Positions 9,225 through 18,584 of a DNA stretch of 64,000 nucleotides are shown piece after piece. The stretch's first letter is position 1. Each line of letters opens with the position of its first letter. The stretch lies in NCBI GenBank assembly GCA_039194425.1, contig JBCCVZ010000005.1, positions 293,144 to 357,143 on the forward strand, given 5' to 3'. The notes below the pieces were generated by a model. It was not told where the DNA came from. It made no database searches and worked only from the letters and a program-made list of their open reading frames with translations. The DNA is from Acidobacteriota bacterium. GTDB lineage: Bacteria > Acidobacteriota > Thermoanaerobaculia > Multivoradales > J023. The translations under genes and the position numbers were made by a program.

Positions 9225-12200
9225 GGGCACGCGGCGCGTCAGCCACTCCTCGACGTAGCGCCGATGCTCCGGCGTCGTCGGGAACGCTTCGCCGTGTGCG
9301 TACGGGTAGGCGCTCATGGCGTGGAACGGCAGCGGCTCGACCTGCAGACCCTCTCCGGTGTTGCGATCGGCGTCTTTGTCCCAGCCGACGCTCTCGAGGA
9401 ACAGACTGCGTCGCCAGCCGTCGGCCGGCGGCGTCGCCGGTGCCTCGAAGACGAGATCGATCTCGTCGCCGGCGGCGAGGATCACGCTCAGGTCGTCGAC
9501 CGCGTCGAGCAGCGGACGGACGTCGCCGTAGCGCGTGTATGAGCCGGGGAAGGGGAGCCACGGCGACTCGCTGCGGGCACGGTGGTAATCGAACTCGTGC
9601 GGCGCGTTGGGCGCCCGGCGCACCGGCGCCGAGAAGCCGCGGAAGCGCAGGTCGGCGCGTGTTGGAGCCAGTCGTGCGACGACCTCGGGCGCATCGTCGT
9701 CCGGCTGGTCGGTCCAGGCGATGCGATCCCAGTGCAGCCAGAACGATGTCACCAGGCGCAGGCGATGCGCCACCGAACCGTCGGCAGAGCGCGGCAGCGG
9801 CGGCAGATCGACGACCATCGTCTTGGTCTTGCCGGCGGGGAAGCCGACGACGGCGTCGAGCATCCGCCAGGTGCCGTCGACCTCGACTTCGAGGCGCGGC
9901 GGCGTCCACGGGTAGTCGTCGCGCTGGGCGACCGCGAGGTTGAGGCTCGCGTCGGCGGGGAAGATCCAGCCGTCGAGATGGAGGCGGAGCGGCCGGTCGG
10001 CGCTCGCCTGCACCGCCGCGGCGCCGAGATCGATCGTGAAGGTCCACAGCGCGGCGACGCCCTGGTACGGCGACGGCGTGTAGCCGTCGGCGTAGACGTC
10101 GTCGCGTGTCCGCACGCGCTCCGTGACGTCGTGGCCTCGACCGTCGGCCGCATGCGCCACGGGGCGCAGCGCCCGGCTGCCGAGCACCGTCTCGGGGGTC
10201 GTCGCGCCGGGGACCACCTTGAGCGCGCTCGCCACCTCGACCTCGTCTGGATGATCGACCACCCACAGGCGGACGAAGTCGAAGAAGGCGGCCTCCCAGA
10301 GCTCTTCGGTGACGCGCAGGCGATACTGGCCGTCGTCGACGACCAGGTCGGGCAGAGCCACCAGCTCGCGCGGATCGGAATCGACCCAGACCCCCGGCGC
10401 GGCGGGGAGACCGATCGGCGACGCCCACAGCAGGTCGGTGCCGAAGGCGAAGCGCTCGCCGTCCCACACATAGACGAAGGGACAGCTGCCCTTGAGCAGC
10501 TGCTCCTCGACGATGCGCTGATTCCGCGCCACGTCGAGGCGATTCTGCGGCACACCGTTGGTCCAGACCACACGCAGCACGTCGGCGCTGGGCCGCTCGC
10601 CGAGGCCGAAGTGGACGACGTCGCCCCGCGCTTCGCGGAACTGGAACGCGCCGTCGTCGCGAATTTCGACCACGCTGCCGCGCCCCAGCACGTTGTTCTT
10701 CGAGTTGCCCTGGGCCAGGCCGCGCAGACGGACTGCGAGATGCCCGTAGGCGTTCTCGGCCTCTTCCATCAGCCGATTGGTCCAGCGCACCAGGCCGTCC
10801 GGGCCGGCAGCGACCAGGTCGAGATCGCCGTCGAGATCGAGATCGACGGCCTCGAGCACCGTCAGCCGGGGCGTGTCGCCTGCCTGCTCGACGGCCAGAG
10901 CGCGGAACGTGCCGTCGGCGGTCTGCTGCAGAATGCGCAAGCCGCCCGCCCCCACGACGGCGAGGTCGAGACGACCGTCGTTGTCGGCGTCGAAGGCGCG
11001 CACCGAGGCGACATCGCCCGCCGCAAGCTCCGCCGTCAACGGCCAGTCGACGAAGCGGCCGACATCGGTGATGCCGTGATTGTCGCCGGCGGCACTGTCG
11101 CGGGTCTCGTTGCGCCAGATCTGCAGGCCGTCCGGGCCGCCGGCGAGAATCTCGGGCAGGCCGTCGGCGTCGAGATCGGCGGTTTCAACGGCGCGCATCG
11201 CGGCGCCCGGGCGCAGGCCGGCGCGCGCCGTGCGGTCGTCGAATCGTCCCTGGCGCAGGTTGTCCAGCCACTGGACCCCGCGACGATGGGCGATCACCAG
11301 GTCGAGATCGCCGTCGCGGTCGAGATCGCTGGCACGGACGGCGTGCGCGTCGAGCCGCGGCAACGCAGGCAGACTGGCTGCGCCGACGGCGGTGAGCGGG
11401 CCGTCGAGGGCATTGCGATAGAGCTCGAGTGTGGCGACGCCGCCGGTCGCGTCGGGATCGCGGCGGCCGACGGCGACCAGGTCGAGATCGCCCTCGATGT
11501 CGAAGTCGACGGCTTCGAGTCCGCGAGCGCCGAGGTTTCCGAGGCCGAGGTCGTCGGGGGCGCGCACCAGCAGGTCGTCGCCGGCGCCGAGGTAGACCGC
11601 CCCGCCGCCCGGGAACGAGGCGATCACGTCGCGCCGGCCGTCGTTGTCGAGATCGATGGCGAGCAGTGTCGCGTCGTCGAGCGGCGGGGTCGTGTTCTCG
11701 TCCGTCGGCGTCGACGCGTCGGCGCTCAGCGGCAGCTCGACGGCGATCGCCCAGCCGGTGGCGGCGGTGCGCAGCTCGAGGCTGCCGTCGACGCGCAGGC
11801 GCGCGAGATCGGGCCGTTCATCGCCGTCGGCGTCGAGCACGGCCAGAGCCGTGCCGGCGGTCGGCCGATCGTCGAGCGACGCGGCGACGAAGCGCGGTGA
11901 GAGAGGCGGGCCGAAGGCCGTCGGCATCGTCTCGCCCTCGAACCGAAAAACCGGAATGCCCTGAATGCCGGTCTTCAGCTCGCGCAGGCTCTCGCGATAC
12001 ATCGGTGTCACTTTGAGCACATTTTCAAGGCGCACCGCGGGCACCCGAGCGGCGGCGAGGTCGTCGCCAGCGAGCGCCTCGACGACTCCGCCCATCGCGC
12101 GGACGGCCATCGCCTCGGCCTGCCAGAGCAGCTCGCCGATGCGCTGGTAGGCGGCCGTGGCGACGGCGCGGTCGTCGCGCGCGATCGCCTGCTGGCCGAG

Positions 12201-12743
12201 CTGCGACAGCACGACGACGTTCTCCGGCCGGCGCGCGGCGAGCCTCTGCAGCGTGCGCCAGGCGAGCGCGTCGCCGGCGTCGCCGCGCACGGTGGTGGCG
12301 AGCGAGTAGGCGGAGTAGAGAATCTCGAGATCGTCAGGCGCCGCGCGCGACGCCGCGTCGATCGTGGTGAGTGCCGTGTCGAGGTCGCCGCTCCACTGCT
12401 CGACCTCGGCGCGGATAGCGAGCAGGTCAGGGCGGTCGGGAGCGAGCTCGAGAGCCGTCTCGACGGCGCTGCGCGCGCCGTCGTAGTCCTGGCGCCGGAG
12501 CAGGGCGATGGCGAGGTTGGCGTGGCCGAGGGGCTCGTCCGGCCGAAGCGCGATTAGCTCGCGGTACACCGCCGCCGCCTCTTCGGGCGTTTCGTTCTCG
12601 AGCAGCGCCAAGCCACGATCGCGTAGCGCGTCGGCCTGCTGCGCGGAGTCGCGCGGGACCTCGGTCTGCGCCGAGCTGGGCGCCGCGACGATCGAACACA
12701 GTAAGACGGCGCCGAGGAGGTACGAGGCGGTGCGCGAAGACAT
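9222..12743 (-). CDS. Secreted TPR + FG-GAP/VCBS repeat + ASPIC/UnbV (CRTAC1-like) protein
   Basis: Signal peptide, N-terminal TPRs, repeated DxDxDGDLDL motifs, VHFGLG...VVWTNG and GSCPFVYVWDG; start set at ATG 12743. Confidence 0.85.
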   Translation of the reverse strand: MSSRTASYLLGAVLLCSIVAAPSSAQTEVPRDSAQQADALRDRGLALLENETPEEAAAVYRELIALRPDEPLGHANLAIALLRRQDYDGARSAVETALELAPDRPDLLAIRAEVEQWSGDLDTALTTIDAASRAAPDDLEILYSAYSLATTVRGDAGDALAWRTLQRLAARRPENVVVLSQLGQQAIARDDRAVATAAYQRIGELLWQAEAMAVRAMGGVVEALAGDDLAAARVPAVRLENVLKVTPMYRESLRELKTGIQGIPVFRFEGETMPTAFGPPLSPRFVAASLDDRPTAGTALAVLDADGDERPDLARLRVDGSLELRTAATGWAIAVELPLSADASTPTDENTTPPLDDATLLAIDLDNDGRRDVIASFPGGGAVYLGAGDDLLVRAPDDLGLGNLGARGLEAVDFDIEGDLDLVAVGRRDPDATGGVATLELYRNALDGPLTAVGAASLPALPRLDAHAVRASDLDRDGDLDLVIAHRRGVQWLDNLRQGRFDDRTARAGLRPGAAMRAVETADLDADGLPEILAGGPDGLQIWRNETRDSAAGDNHGITDVGRFVDWPLTAELAAGDVASVRAFDADNDGRLDLAVVGAGGLRILQQTADGTFRALAVEQAGDTPRLTVLEAVDLDLDGDLDLVAAGPDGLVRWTNRLMEEAENAYGHLAVRLRGLAQGNSKNNVLGRGSVVEIRDDGAFQFREARGDVVHFGLGERPSADVLRVVWTNGVPQNRLDVARNQRIVEEQLLKGSCPFVYVWDGERFAFGTDLLWASPIGLPAAPGVWVDSDPRELVALPDLVVDDGQYRLRVTEELWEAAFFDFVRLWVVDHPDEVEVASALKVVPGATTPETVLGSRALRPVAHAADGRGHDVTERVRTRDDVYADGYTPSPYQGVAALWTFTIDLGAAAVQASADRPLRLHLDGWIFPADASLNLAVAQRDDYPWTPPRLEVEVDGTWRMLDAVVGFPAGKTKTMVVDLPPLPRSADGSVAHRLRLVTSFWLHWDRIAWTDQPDDDAPEVVARLAPTRADLRFRGFSAPVRRAPNAPHEFDYHRARSESPWLPFPGSYTRYGDVRPLLDAVDDLSVILAAGDEIDLVFEAPATPPADGWRRSLFLESVGWDKDADRNTGEGLQVEPLPFHAMSAYPYAHGEAFPTTPEHRRYVEEWLTRRVP

Positions 12744-12751
12744 CGAAAGAC

Positions 12752-13282
12752 TCACCAGTTGACGAGAAAGGTGCACGAGGAGCCGCCGTCGCGCCGCGAC
12801 TCGGCCTGATGGTCGATGCGGACGTCGACCAGCGAGTCGGGCTCGAATCGCTCGACCAGGGCCTGGATCACGCCCTCGTCGAAATTGGGCGGGTACGGAG
12901 TGGTGGACACGATGGTGCAGCTGCGCTCGCCGGTCGCGATGTACGCGTAGTGACCGACGTCGCCACCCCGGTGCTCGCGCCGGTAGGCCTCGTCGAGAAC
13001 GTTGAACGCCTCTTCGAGATTGTGCACCTCGCTCGGCGCCGGGCCGGTGGCCGAGATGTGGCGGCCGATGGCGGTCACCGTGTTGGGACCGATGCGCTGC
13101 GCCACGGTGTCGAAGCAGCCGAGGAAGCGGTCGAGCGGATACCAGGACTCGGGCTGTGCTTCGCCGAGACCGTTGGCGCCGAGAATCTCGCGTGCCACCG
13201 TTTTGAAGGCGCCCATCACGCCGATGATCGAGAGCACGACACGTCCGCTGACTTCGGTCTTCGCATGGGCCTCGCTTGGCAC
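12752..13282 (-). CDS. Hypothetical protein, possible V4R/H-NOX-like ligand-binding fold
   Basis: Strong RBS (GGAGGAG) before GTG 13282; SWYPL, TPYP..FDEG and C-terminal SCTFLVNW pattern. Confidence 0.55.
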   Translation of the reverse strand: MPSEAHAKTEVSGRVVLSIIGVMGAFKTVAREILGANGLGEAQPESWYPLDRFLGCFDTVAQRIGPNTVTAIGRHISATGPAPSEVHNLEEAFNVLDEAYRREHRGGDVGHYAYIATGERSCTIVSTTPYPPNFDEGVIQALVERFEPDSLVDVRIDHQAESRRDGGSSCTFLVNW

Positions 13283-13506
13283 GAAATCTCCTCCCCTGGC
13301 TCGATTCGGCGGCGCCTCGCCGGCTCTCGCCGCGCTGCGCTCGATGGCTACACCGTGCAGCACCGCGCCCGATGTCGCCGCCAATCTAGCACGGAGATGG
13401 AGCCTTTTTCGGCCCCCGGCGAGAGCCCGGTGCGCGTGATATCTTGCGCCTGACACGCCCCACCTTGCCGCTCCCCGGCCCCAACGTTCCGCTGGAGAAT
13501 CCCCGC

Positions 13507-14592
13507 ATGTCCGAGCTCCAGACTCCGCTCCTCGACTGCCACCGCGACGCCGGCGCCAAGCTGGTCGAGTTCGCCGGCTGGACGATGCCTGTGCGCTATG
13601 CGTCCGAGACCGACGAGCACCATGCGGTGCGCGAGCGCGCGGGTCTCTTCGACGTCTCGCACATGGGGGAGTTGCACCTGCACGGTGCCGGCGCGGCCGA
13701 CTTCCTTCAGCGGCTGACGCCCAACGACGTCACCAAGCTCGCGCCCGGGCGCGCCCATTACAGCGCTCTGCTCACGCCCGAAGCGACGTACATCGACGAT
13801 CTCTTGGTGTATCAGCTGGGCGAGGACGATTACCTGCTGGTCGTGAATGCCGCAAACCGCGAGACGGATCTCGACTGGCTGCGTTCGCACCAGCCGCCGT
13901 GCGCTCTCGACGACGTCTCGGACGACTACGCACTGATCGCGCTCCAGGGTCCGGCGGCTCCGGGGATCCTGGCCGATCTCACCGAGGTCGATCTCGACGC
14001 CCTGCGCTACTACCACTTCGTGCCCGAGGCACGCGTCGCCGGCGTGCCCGTCCTGCTTTCGCGCACCGGCTACACCGGGGAAGACGGCTTCGAGCTCTAC
14101 CTCGCGCCGCAGCATGCGCCGGGAGTGTGGACCGCGCTGCTCGAGGTCGGCGCCGACGACTTGCTGCCCGCGGGCCTGGCGGCGCGCGATACGCTCCGTC
14201 TCGAAGCTGGGATGGCTCTCTACGGCCACGAGATCGACCGCACGACAACTCCCTACGAGGCCGGCCTCCGCTGGACCGTCAAGCTCAAGCAGGGCGAGTT
14301 CGTCGGCCGCGACGTGCTCGTCCGGCAGAAGGCAGAGGGGGTCGGGCGCAAGCTCGTCGGCCTCGAGGTGACCGGGCGCGGCATCGCGCGCCAAGGGCAT
14401 GCCGTGCTGGTCGACGGCGAAGAGGTCGGCAGCGTGTGCAGCGGCACGCGCAGCCCGACGCTCGAGAAAGTGATCGCTACCGCCTACGTGCCGACGGCGA
14501 GCGCTGAGGTCGGCACCGAGGTCGAACTCCAGGTGCGCTCGAGGCGCCTGCCGGCGGTCGTCGTGCCGCTCCCCTTCTACAAGCGAGCCTGA
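13507..14592 (+). CDS. gcvT: Glycine cleavage system aminomethyltransferase T
   Basis: FAGWTMPVRY, GLFDVSHMGE, SRTGYTGEDGFE and ARDTLRLEAG motifs. Confidence 0.96.
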   Translation: MSELQTPLLDCHRDAGAKLVEFAGWTMPVRYASETDEHHAVRERAGLFDVSHMGELHLHGAGAADFLQRLTPNDVTKLAPGRAHYSALLTPEATYIDDLLVYQLGEDDYLLVVNAANRETDLDWLRSHQPPCALDDVSDDYALIALQGPAAPGILADLTEVDLDALRYYHFVPEARVAGVPVLLSRTGYTGEDGFELYLAPQHAPGVWTALLEVGADDLLPAGLAARDTLRLEAGMALYGHEIDRTTTPYEAGLRWTVKLKQGEFVGRDVLVRQKAEGVGRKLVGLEVTGRGIARQGHAVLVDGEEVGSVCSGTRSPTLEKVIATAYVPTASAEVGTEVELQVRSRRLPAVVVPLPFYKRA

Positions 14593-14621
14593 GCTCGAGT
14601 ACAAGCGAGCCTGAGCTCGAG
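14578..14621. repeat. Perfect 22-bp tandem duplication spanning the gcvT stop codon
   Basis: TACAAGCGAGCCTGAGCTCGAG x2. Confidence 0.9.
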
Positions 14622-14663
14622 CCGGGCTCCGATCTGTTCAACAGCCACGCCCCAGGAGCGAGG

Positions 14664-15047
14664 ATGTACCCCGAAGAGTACCTGTACACGGAAGACCACG
14701 AGTGGATTCATGTCGAGGGCGAGATCGCGACTCTCGGCATCACCCAGCACGCCCAGAGCGAGCTGGGTGACATCGTCTTCGTCGAGCTCCCGGAGGTCGA
14801 CCAAGAGGTCGAGGCCGGTGATTCGATCGGCAACATCGACTCGTCGAAGACCTCGGCCGAGATTTTCACGCCGGTCTCGGGCGTCGTCGTCGAAGTGAAC
14901 GAGAGCCTCGACGAGGCGCCGGAGCAGGTGAACGAGAGCCCGCACGAGGCGGGTTGGATCGCCAAGATCCGCCTGAGCGCCGCGGACGAGCTCGAGGCCT
15001 TGATGAGCGTCGAGGCGTACGTGGAGTTCGCCGGCGACTCCGACTGA
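14664..15047 (+). CDS. gcvH: Glycine cleavage system H protein
   Basis: YTEDHEW, GITQHAQSELGDIVFVELP, lipoyl-Lys in SSKTS and GWIAKI. Confidence 0.95.
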   Translation: MYPEEYLYTEDHEWIHVEGEIATLGITQHAQSELGDIVFVELPEVDQEVEAGDSIGNIDSSKTSAEIFTPVSGVVVEVNESLDEAPEQVNESPHEAGWIAKIRLSAADELEALMSVEAYVEFAGDSD

Positions 15048-15058
15048 CGGCGCGCGCC

Positions 15059-15481
15059 GTGCAGCGCTTCGATCTTGTCGCTTCGGCGGCTTTCTCGATC
15101 CTCTGGTTGGTCACGCTCTGCGCCTACGCCGGCTGGCTGCCGGCAGGCGCCTTCTCGCTCGATCTCTACCGTCTCTTCAGCTTCGCCGGAGCTCTCGGCT
15201 GGCTGAGCGGCAACGTCTACATGGCGCGGCGCCGTCGCGTTCACCCCGCGCTGCGGTTCCAGCTGCTGCTCACCTACCTCACGGGTCCGCTGGCACTGCT
15301 CTTCCTGCTGCAGGCGCTGGCGTCCGATTCGCTGCAGCGCGAGGCACCGCTGGCGCCGGTGTACTCGGCGCTGATCTACTGGCTCTTCTTCCTGGTGCCC
15401 GTGACCCTGCGGCGGGTTCCCCTCGAGTCGCTGCGCTCGTCCGACGAGCGCGGGCGCGAGGGTGATTCGACAGGACAGTGA
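15059..15481 (+). CDS. Small hypothetical membrane protein (about 4 TM)
   Basis: Hydrophobic segments; follows gcvH; start GTG 15059 inferred. Confidence 0.6.
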   Translation: MQRFDLVASAAFSILWLVTLCAYAGWLPAGAFSLDLYRLFSFAGALGWLSGNVYMARRRRVHPALRFQLLLTYLTGPLALLFLLQALASDSLQREAPLAPVYSALIYWLFFLVPVTLRRVPLESLRSSDERGREGDSTGQ

Positions 15482-15526
15482 CTCGACGGGGCGGTGGCTC
15501 GAGCGGACAGTGACTCGAAGGGACAG
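15458..15526. repeat. Degenerate 16-bp tandem repeat x4+ (about GACAGTGACTCGAnGG) between convergent genes
   Basis: Units at 15458, 15474, 15490 and 15506. Confidence 0.7.
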
Positions 15527-15537
15527 GGCCGCGTCGC

Positions 15538-16581
15538 TCAGCGACGACCGGAGACGAGCATCGCGTCGCCGTAGGAGTAGAAGCGGTAGCCGCGCTCGAC
15601 CGCTTCGCCGTAGGCGGTGAGCACCCGCTCGCGCCCGGCGAGCGCGGAGACGAGCATCAGCAGAGTGGAGCGGGGCAGGTGAAAGTTGGTGAGAAGCAGG
15701 TCGACGACGAGGAAGTCGTCGCCCGGCTTGAGGAAGAGCTCGGTCCGTCCGGCGCCGGCGGCGACGCCCTCCCCGGAGGTGCCGCGTGCGGCGCGCGCGG
15801 CGGCTTCGAGCGTGCGCACGACCGTGGTGCCGACGGCGACGATCCGGCCACCGCGTCGCCGCGTCGCCTCGATCGCCGCCGCGGTTGCGGCCGGGACGTC
15901 GTAGCGCTCGGCGTCCATGCGATGTTCGGCGACCTCGTCGGCGGTCACCGGCCGAAAGGTCCCTGGGCCGACATGAAGCGTCACCGACGCGCGCTCGACG
16001 CCGGCCGCCGCGAGGCGCTCGAGCAAGACGTCGTCGAAGTGCAGTCCAGCGGTCGGTGCGGCGACGGCGCCGTCGTGGCGGGCGAACACGGTCTGGTAGG
16101 TCGTGCGATCGGCCGCATCGTCGGCGCGCTGAATGTATGGCGGCAGCGGCACGTGCCCGGCGGTGTCGAGATGTGGCTCGATCTCGACGTCGAAGCGCAG
16201 ACGCGTCATCTCACCGTCGCGGCCCAGGATCTCCGCCGTCGCCGGTGCGTCGTCGATTGTGACCCGCACACCCGGGCGGAGTCGCTTGGCGGGGCGCGCC
16301 AGGGCTTGCCACTCACGCGGCGCGGTTTTCTCGAGCAGCAGGAGCTCGGCTCGTCCGCCTCCCGGCCGACGGCCGAAGAGGCGCGCCGGGACCACCCGCG
16401 TGTCGTTGACCACCAGCAGGTCGCCCGCCCGCAGCAGCTCCGGCAGGTCGGCGACGCGGCGATGGCGCGCGGTGCTGTCGGGCGGCTCGTCGAGCACCAA
16501 CAGACGCGAGGTCCCGCGCGGCGCCGGCCGCTGGGCGATCGCGTCGTCGGGCAGCGAGTAGTCGAAATCGTCGGTCCGCAT
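15538..16581 (-). CDS. queA: S-adenosylmethionine:tRNA ribosyltransferase-isomerase
   Basis: PLPPYI, YQTVFA, AAPTAGLHF, TLHVGPGTF, TNFHLPRSTL and YRFYSYGDAM motifs. Confidence 0.97.
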   Translation of the reverse strand: MRTDDFDYSLPDDAIAQRPAPRGTSRLLVLDEPPDSTARHRRVADLPELLRAGDLLVVNDTRVVPARLFGRRPGGGRAELLLLEKTAPREWQALARPAKRLRPGVRVTIDDAPATAEILGRDGEMTRLRFDVEIEPHLDTAGHVPLPPYIQRADDAADRTTYQTVFARHDGAVAAPTAGLHFDDVLLERLAAAGVERASVTLHVGPGTFRPVTADEVAEHRMDAERYDVPAATAAAIEATRRRGGRIVAVGTTVVRTLEAAARAARGTSGEGVAAGAGRTELFLKPGDDFLVVDLLLTNFHLPRSTLLMLVSALAGRERVLTAYGEAVERGYRFYSYGDAMLVSGRR

Positions 16582-16603
16582 GAGGTGTCGGTCCGCATGA
16601 GGT
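16570..16603. repeat. Perfect 17-bp tandem duplication spanning the queA start codon and RBS
   Basis: GTCGGTCCGCATGAGGT x2. Confidence 0.9.
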
Positions 16604-16620
16604 GAGGTGCAGGGAGTGGC

Positions 16621-17604
16621 TCAGCCGGTTCGTGGGTCGAGCACGTCGCGCAGGCCGTCGGCGATCAGGTTGACGGCGACCACAGTGCCCACCAGGGCCG
16701 TCGCCGGAGCCGCGATCAACCACCACGAAGCGAGCGGATCATAGCGGGATTCGGCGATCATGCCGCCCCAGCTCGGGTCCGGCGCCGGCACGCCGAAGCC
16801 GAGGAACGAGAGCGACGCCTCGGCCAGGAGCAGGCCTGCGACCCGCAGAGTCGCCGCCACCGCCAGTGGCGTCGCGACATGCGGCAGGATGTGACGCGTG
16901 ACGACCCGCAGCGGCGCGACGCCGAGCCCGCGCGCGGCCTGCACGAACTCGCGCCGACGGAGGCCGGCGATCTCGGCGCGCGCCAGACGGGCGACACCGC
17001 CCCACGACGTGCAGCCGAGGAGCAGGACGAGGGTGAACGTCGCCGGCGGGAAGAGCGCGGCCAGCGCGATCAACAGCATGATCCACGGGAACGCGAGCAG
17101 CGCGTCGACGAGGCGCATCAGGATTGCGTCGACCCAGGCTCCGCCGAGCGCCGCCGCGGCGCCGACTCCGACGCCGACGGTGGTCGAGAGCAGCAGCGAG
17201 GCGAAGCCGATGATCAGCGACACGCGGGCGCCCCAGAGGCAGCGCGAGGCGACGTCGCGGCCGAGGCGGTCGGTGCCGAGCAGAAACCGCCGGGGGTCGA
17301 CGCTGCGCACGTCGGCCGCCGGCACGCTCTCGACGCGGCCCAGGCGATGCAGGAGCAGGCGGTCGCCATCGCGATCGATGCGCTCGGCGGCGCGGGTCTC
17401 GAAGGGCAGCTCCACGACGACTCGGGTGGCGCCCGGGGGCAGCAGGCGGGCCGCGACCGGGTCGATCTGGCGCACCGGGTCGAATGGTGAGAGCCACGGC
17501 GCGAGCACCGCCGCCACGGTGAGCGCGAGGAGCCAGGCGACGCCGGCGCGCACTTCGTAGGCGCCGCCGCGTCGGAGCTCGCGCTCGGCGCGGTCACCGG
17601 ACAC
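16621..17604 (-). CDS. Peptide/nickel ABC transporter permease (DppC/OppC-like)
   Basis: LLGTDRLGRD, EFVQAARGLG, EASLSFLGFG and DGLRDVLDPR motifs; start GTG 17604 inferred. Confidence 0.9.
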   Translation of the reverse strand: MSGDRAERELRRGGAYEVRAGVAWLLALTVAAVLAPWLSPFDPVRQIDPVAARLLPPGATRVVVELPFETRAAERIDRDGDRLLLHRLGRVESVPAADVRSVDPRRFLLGTDRLGRDVASRCLWGARVSLIIGFASLLLSTTVGVGVGAAAALGGAWVDAILMRLVDALLAFPWIMLLIALAALFPPATFTLVLLLGCTSWGGVARLARAEIAGLRRREFVQAARGLGVAPLRVVTRHILPHVATPLAVAATLRVAGLLLAEASLSFLGFGVPAPDPSWGGMIAESRYDPLASWWLIAAPATALVGTVVAVNLIADGLRDVLDPRTG

Positions 17605-18562
17605 GCTGGACTCGCGGGTCGATCCAGCCGTGGGCGAGGTCGGCGCCGAGGCCCCCGAGGATGACCAGCAGCGCCGAGAAACCGGTCGCCGCCAGCACCA
17701 GGGGAATGTCACGCTGCAGGATCGCCTGGTAGCCCAAGGTGCCGAGGCCGGGCCACGAGAACACCACCTCGAGCACCACGACGCCGCTGAGCAGCAGCGG
17801 CAGGCTGACGCCGAGGCGCTGGATCAACGGACCGAGCACGTTGGGCAGCGCGTGGCGCCAGAGCACGGCGCTCTCGCTCAGGCCGCGGGCGCGCGCCGCG
17901 ACGATGAAGTCTTGCTGCAGCACGTCGAGCAGACCGTTTCGTACGTGGCGCAGGACGCCGACGCAGCGGACCAGGGCGAGAGTCGCGGCGGGCAGCGCCA
18001 GGTGGTGGGCGAGATCGAGCAGGCGCGACCAGGGGCCGAGAAACGCGGCGTCGTCCGAGCTCATGTTGCCGGCGGGGAAGAGTGGCCAGCGCACCGCGAA
18101 GAGACCGAGCAGCACGAGGCCGACGAGAAACGCTGGCGTCGACGCCATGAGCAATGCGCCGGCGCGAAGCAGCCGATCGAATCCGCTGCCGGCGCGCCGC
18201 GCCGCCAGAAGACCAAGCGGCAGGCCAGCGAGGTGCTCGAGCACGAGCGCGCTGCCGACGAGCAGAATCGTCGGCCCGAGGCGCTCCAAGATCAGGTCGG
18301 CCACCGGTCGGCGCAGCGACAGAGAGCTCCCCCAGTCGCCGCGCAGCACGCCGCCGAGCCAACGCCCATACTGCACCAGGAGTGGCTGGTCGAAGCCGTA
18401 CAGCGCCTCGAGCGCCTGGCGCTGCTCCGGCCCCAGCTCGCGGTTCTCGAACAAGACCGCGGGCTCGCCGGGCGCCAGGTGGATGAGGAAAAACGTGCCG
18501 GTGAGAACCAGCCAGAGCAGCAGGAGCGACGCGCCGAGGCGGCGCAGGCCGTAGCCGAGCAC
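17594..18562 (-). CDS. Peptide/nickel ABC transporter permease (DppB/OppB-like)
   Basis: GDWGSSL, DFIVAARARGL and EVVFSWPGLG motifs. Confidence 0.92.
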   Translation of the reverse strand: MLGYGLRRLGASLLLLWLVLTGTFFLIHLAPGEPAVLFENRELGPEQRQALEALYGFDQPLLVQYGRWLGGVLRGDWGSSLSLRRPVADLILERLGPTILLVGSALVLEHLAGLPLGLLAARRAGSGFDRLLRAGALLMASTPAFLVGLVLLGLFAVRWPLFPAGNMSSDDAAFLGPWSRLLDLAHHLALPAATLALVRCVGVLRHVRNGLLDVLQQDFIVAARARGLSESAVLWRHALPNVLGPLIQRLGVSLPLLLSGVVVLEVVFSWPGLGTLGYQAILQRDIPLVLAATGFSALLVILGGLGADLAHGWIDPRVQRVR

Positions 18563-18584
18563 GATGCCCGCGGAGGCGCCGCGG

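Noticed and set aside
13283-13506. Glycine riboswitch upstream of gcvT
   Set aside because: The conserved CCGAAG and CTCTCAGG elements are not visible; an Infernal search would settle it.
13507-15047. gcvT-gcvH without gcvP as an incomplete system
   Set aside because: Split gcv operons are common; gcvP may lie elsewhere in the genome.
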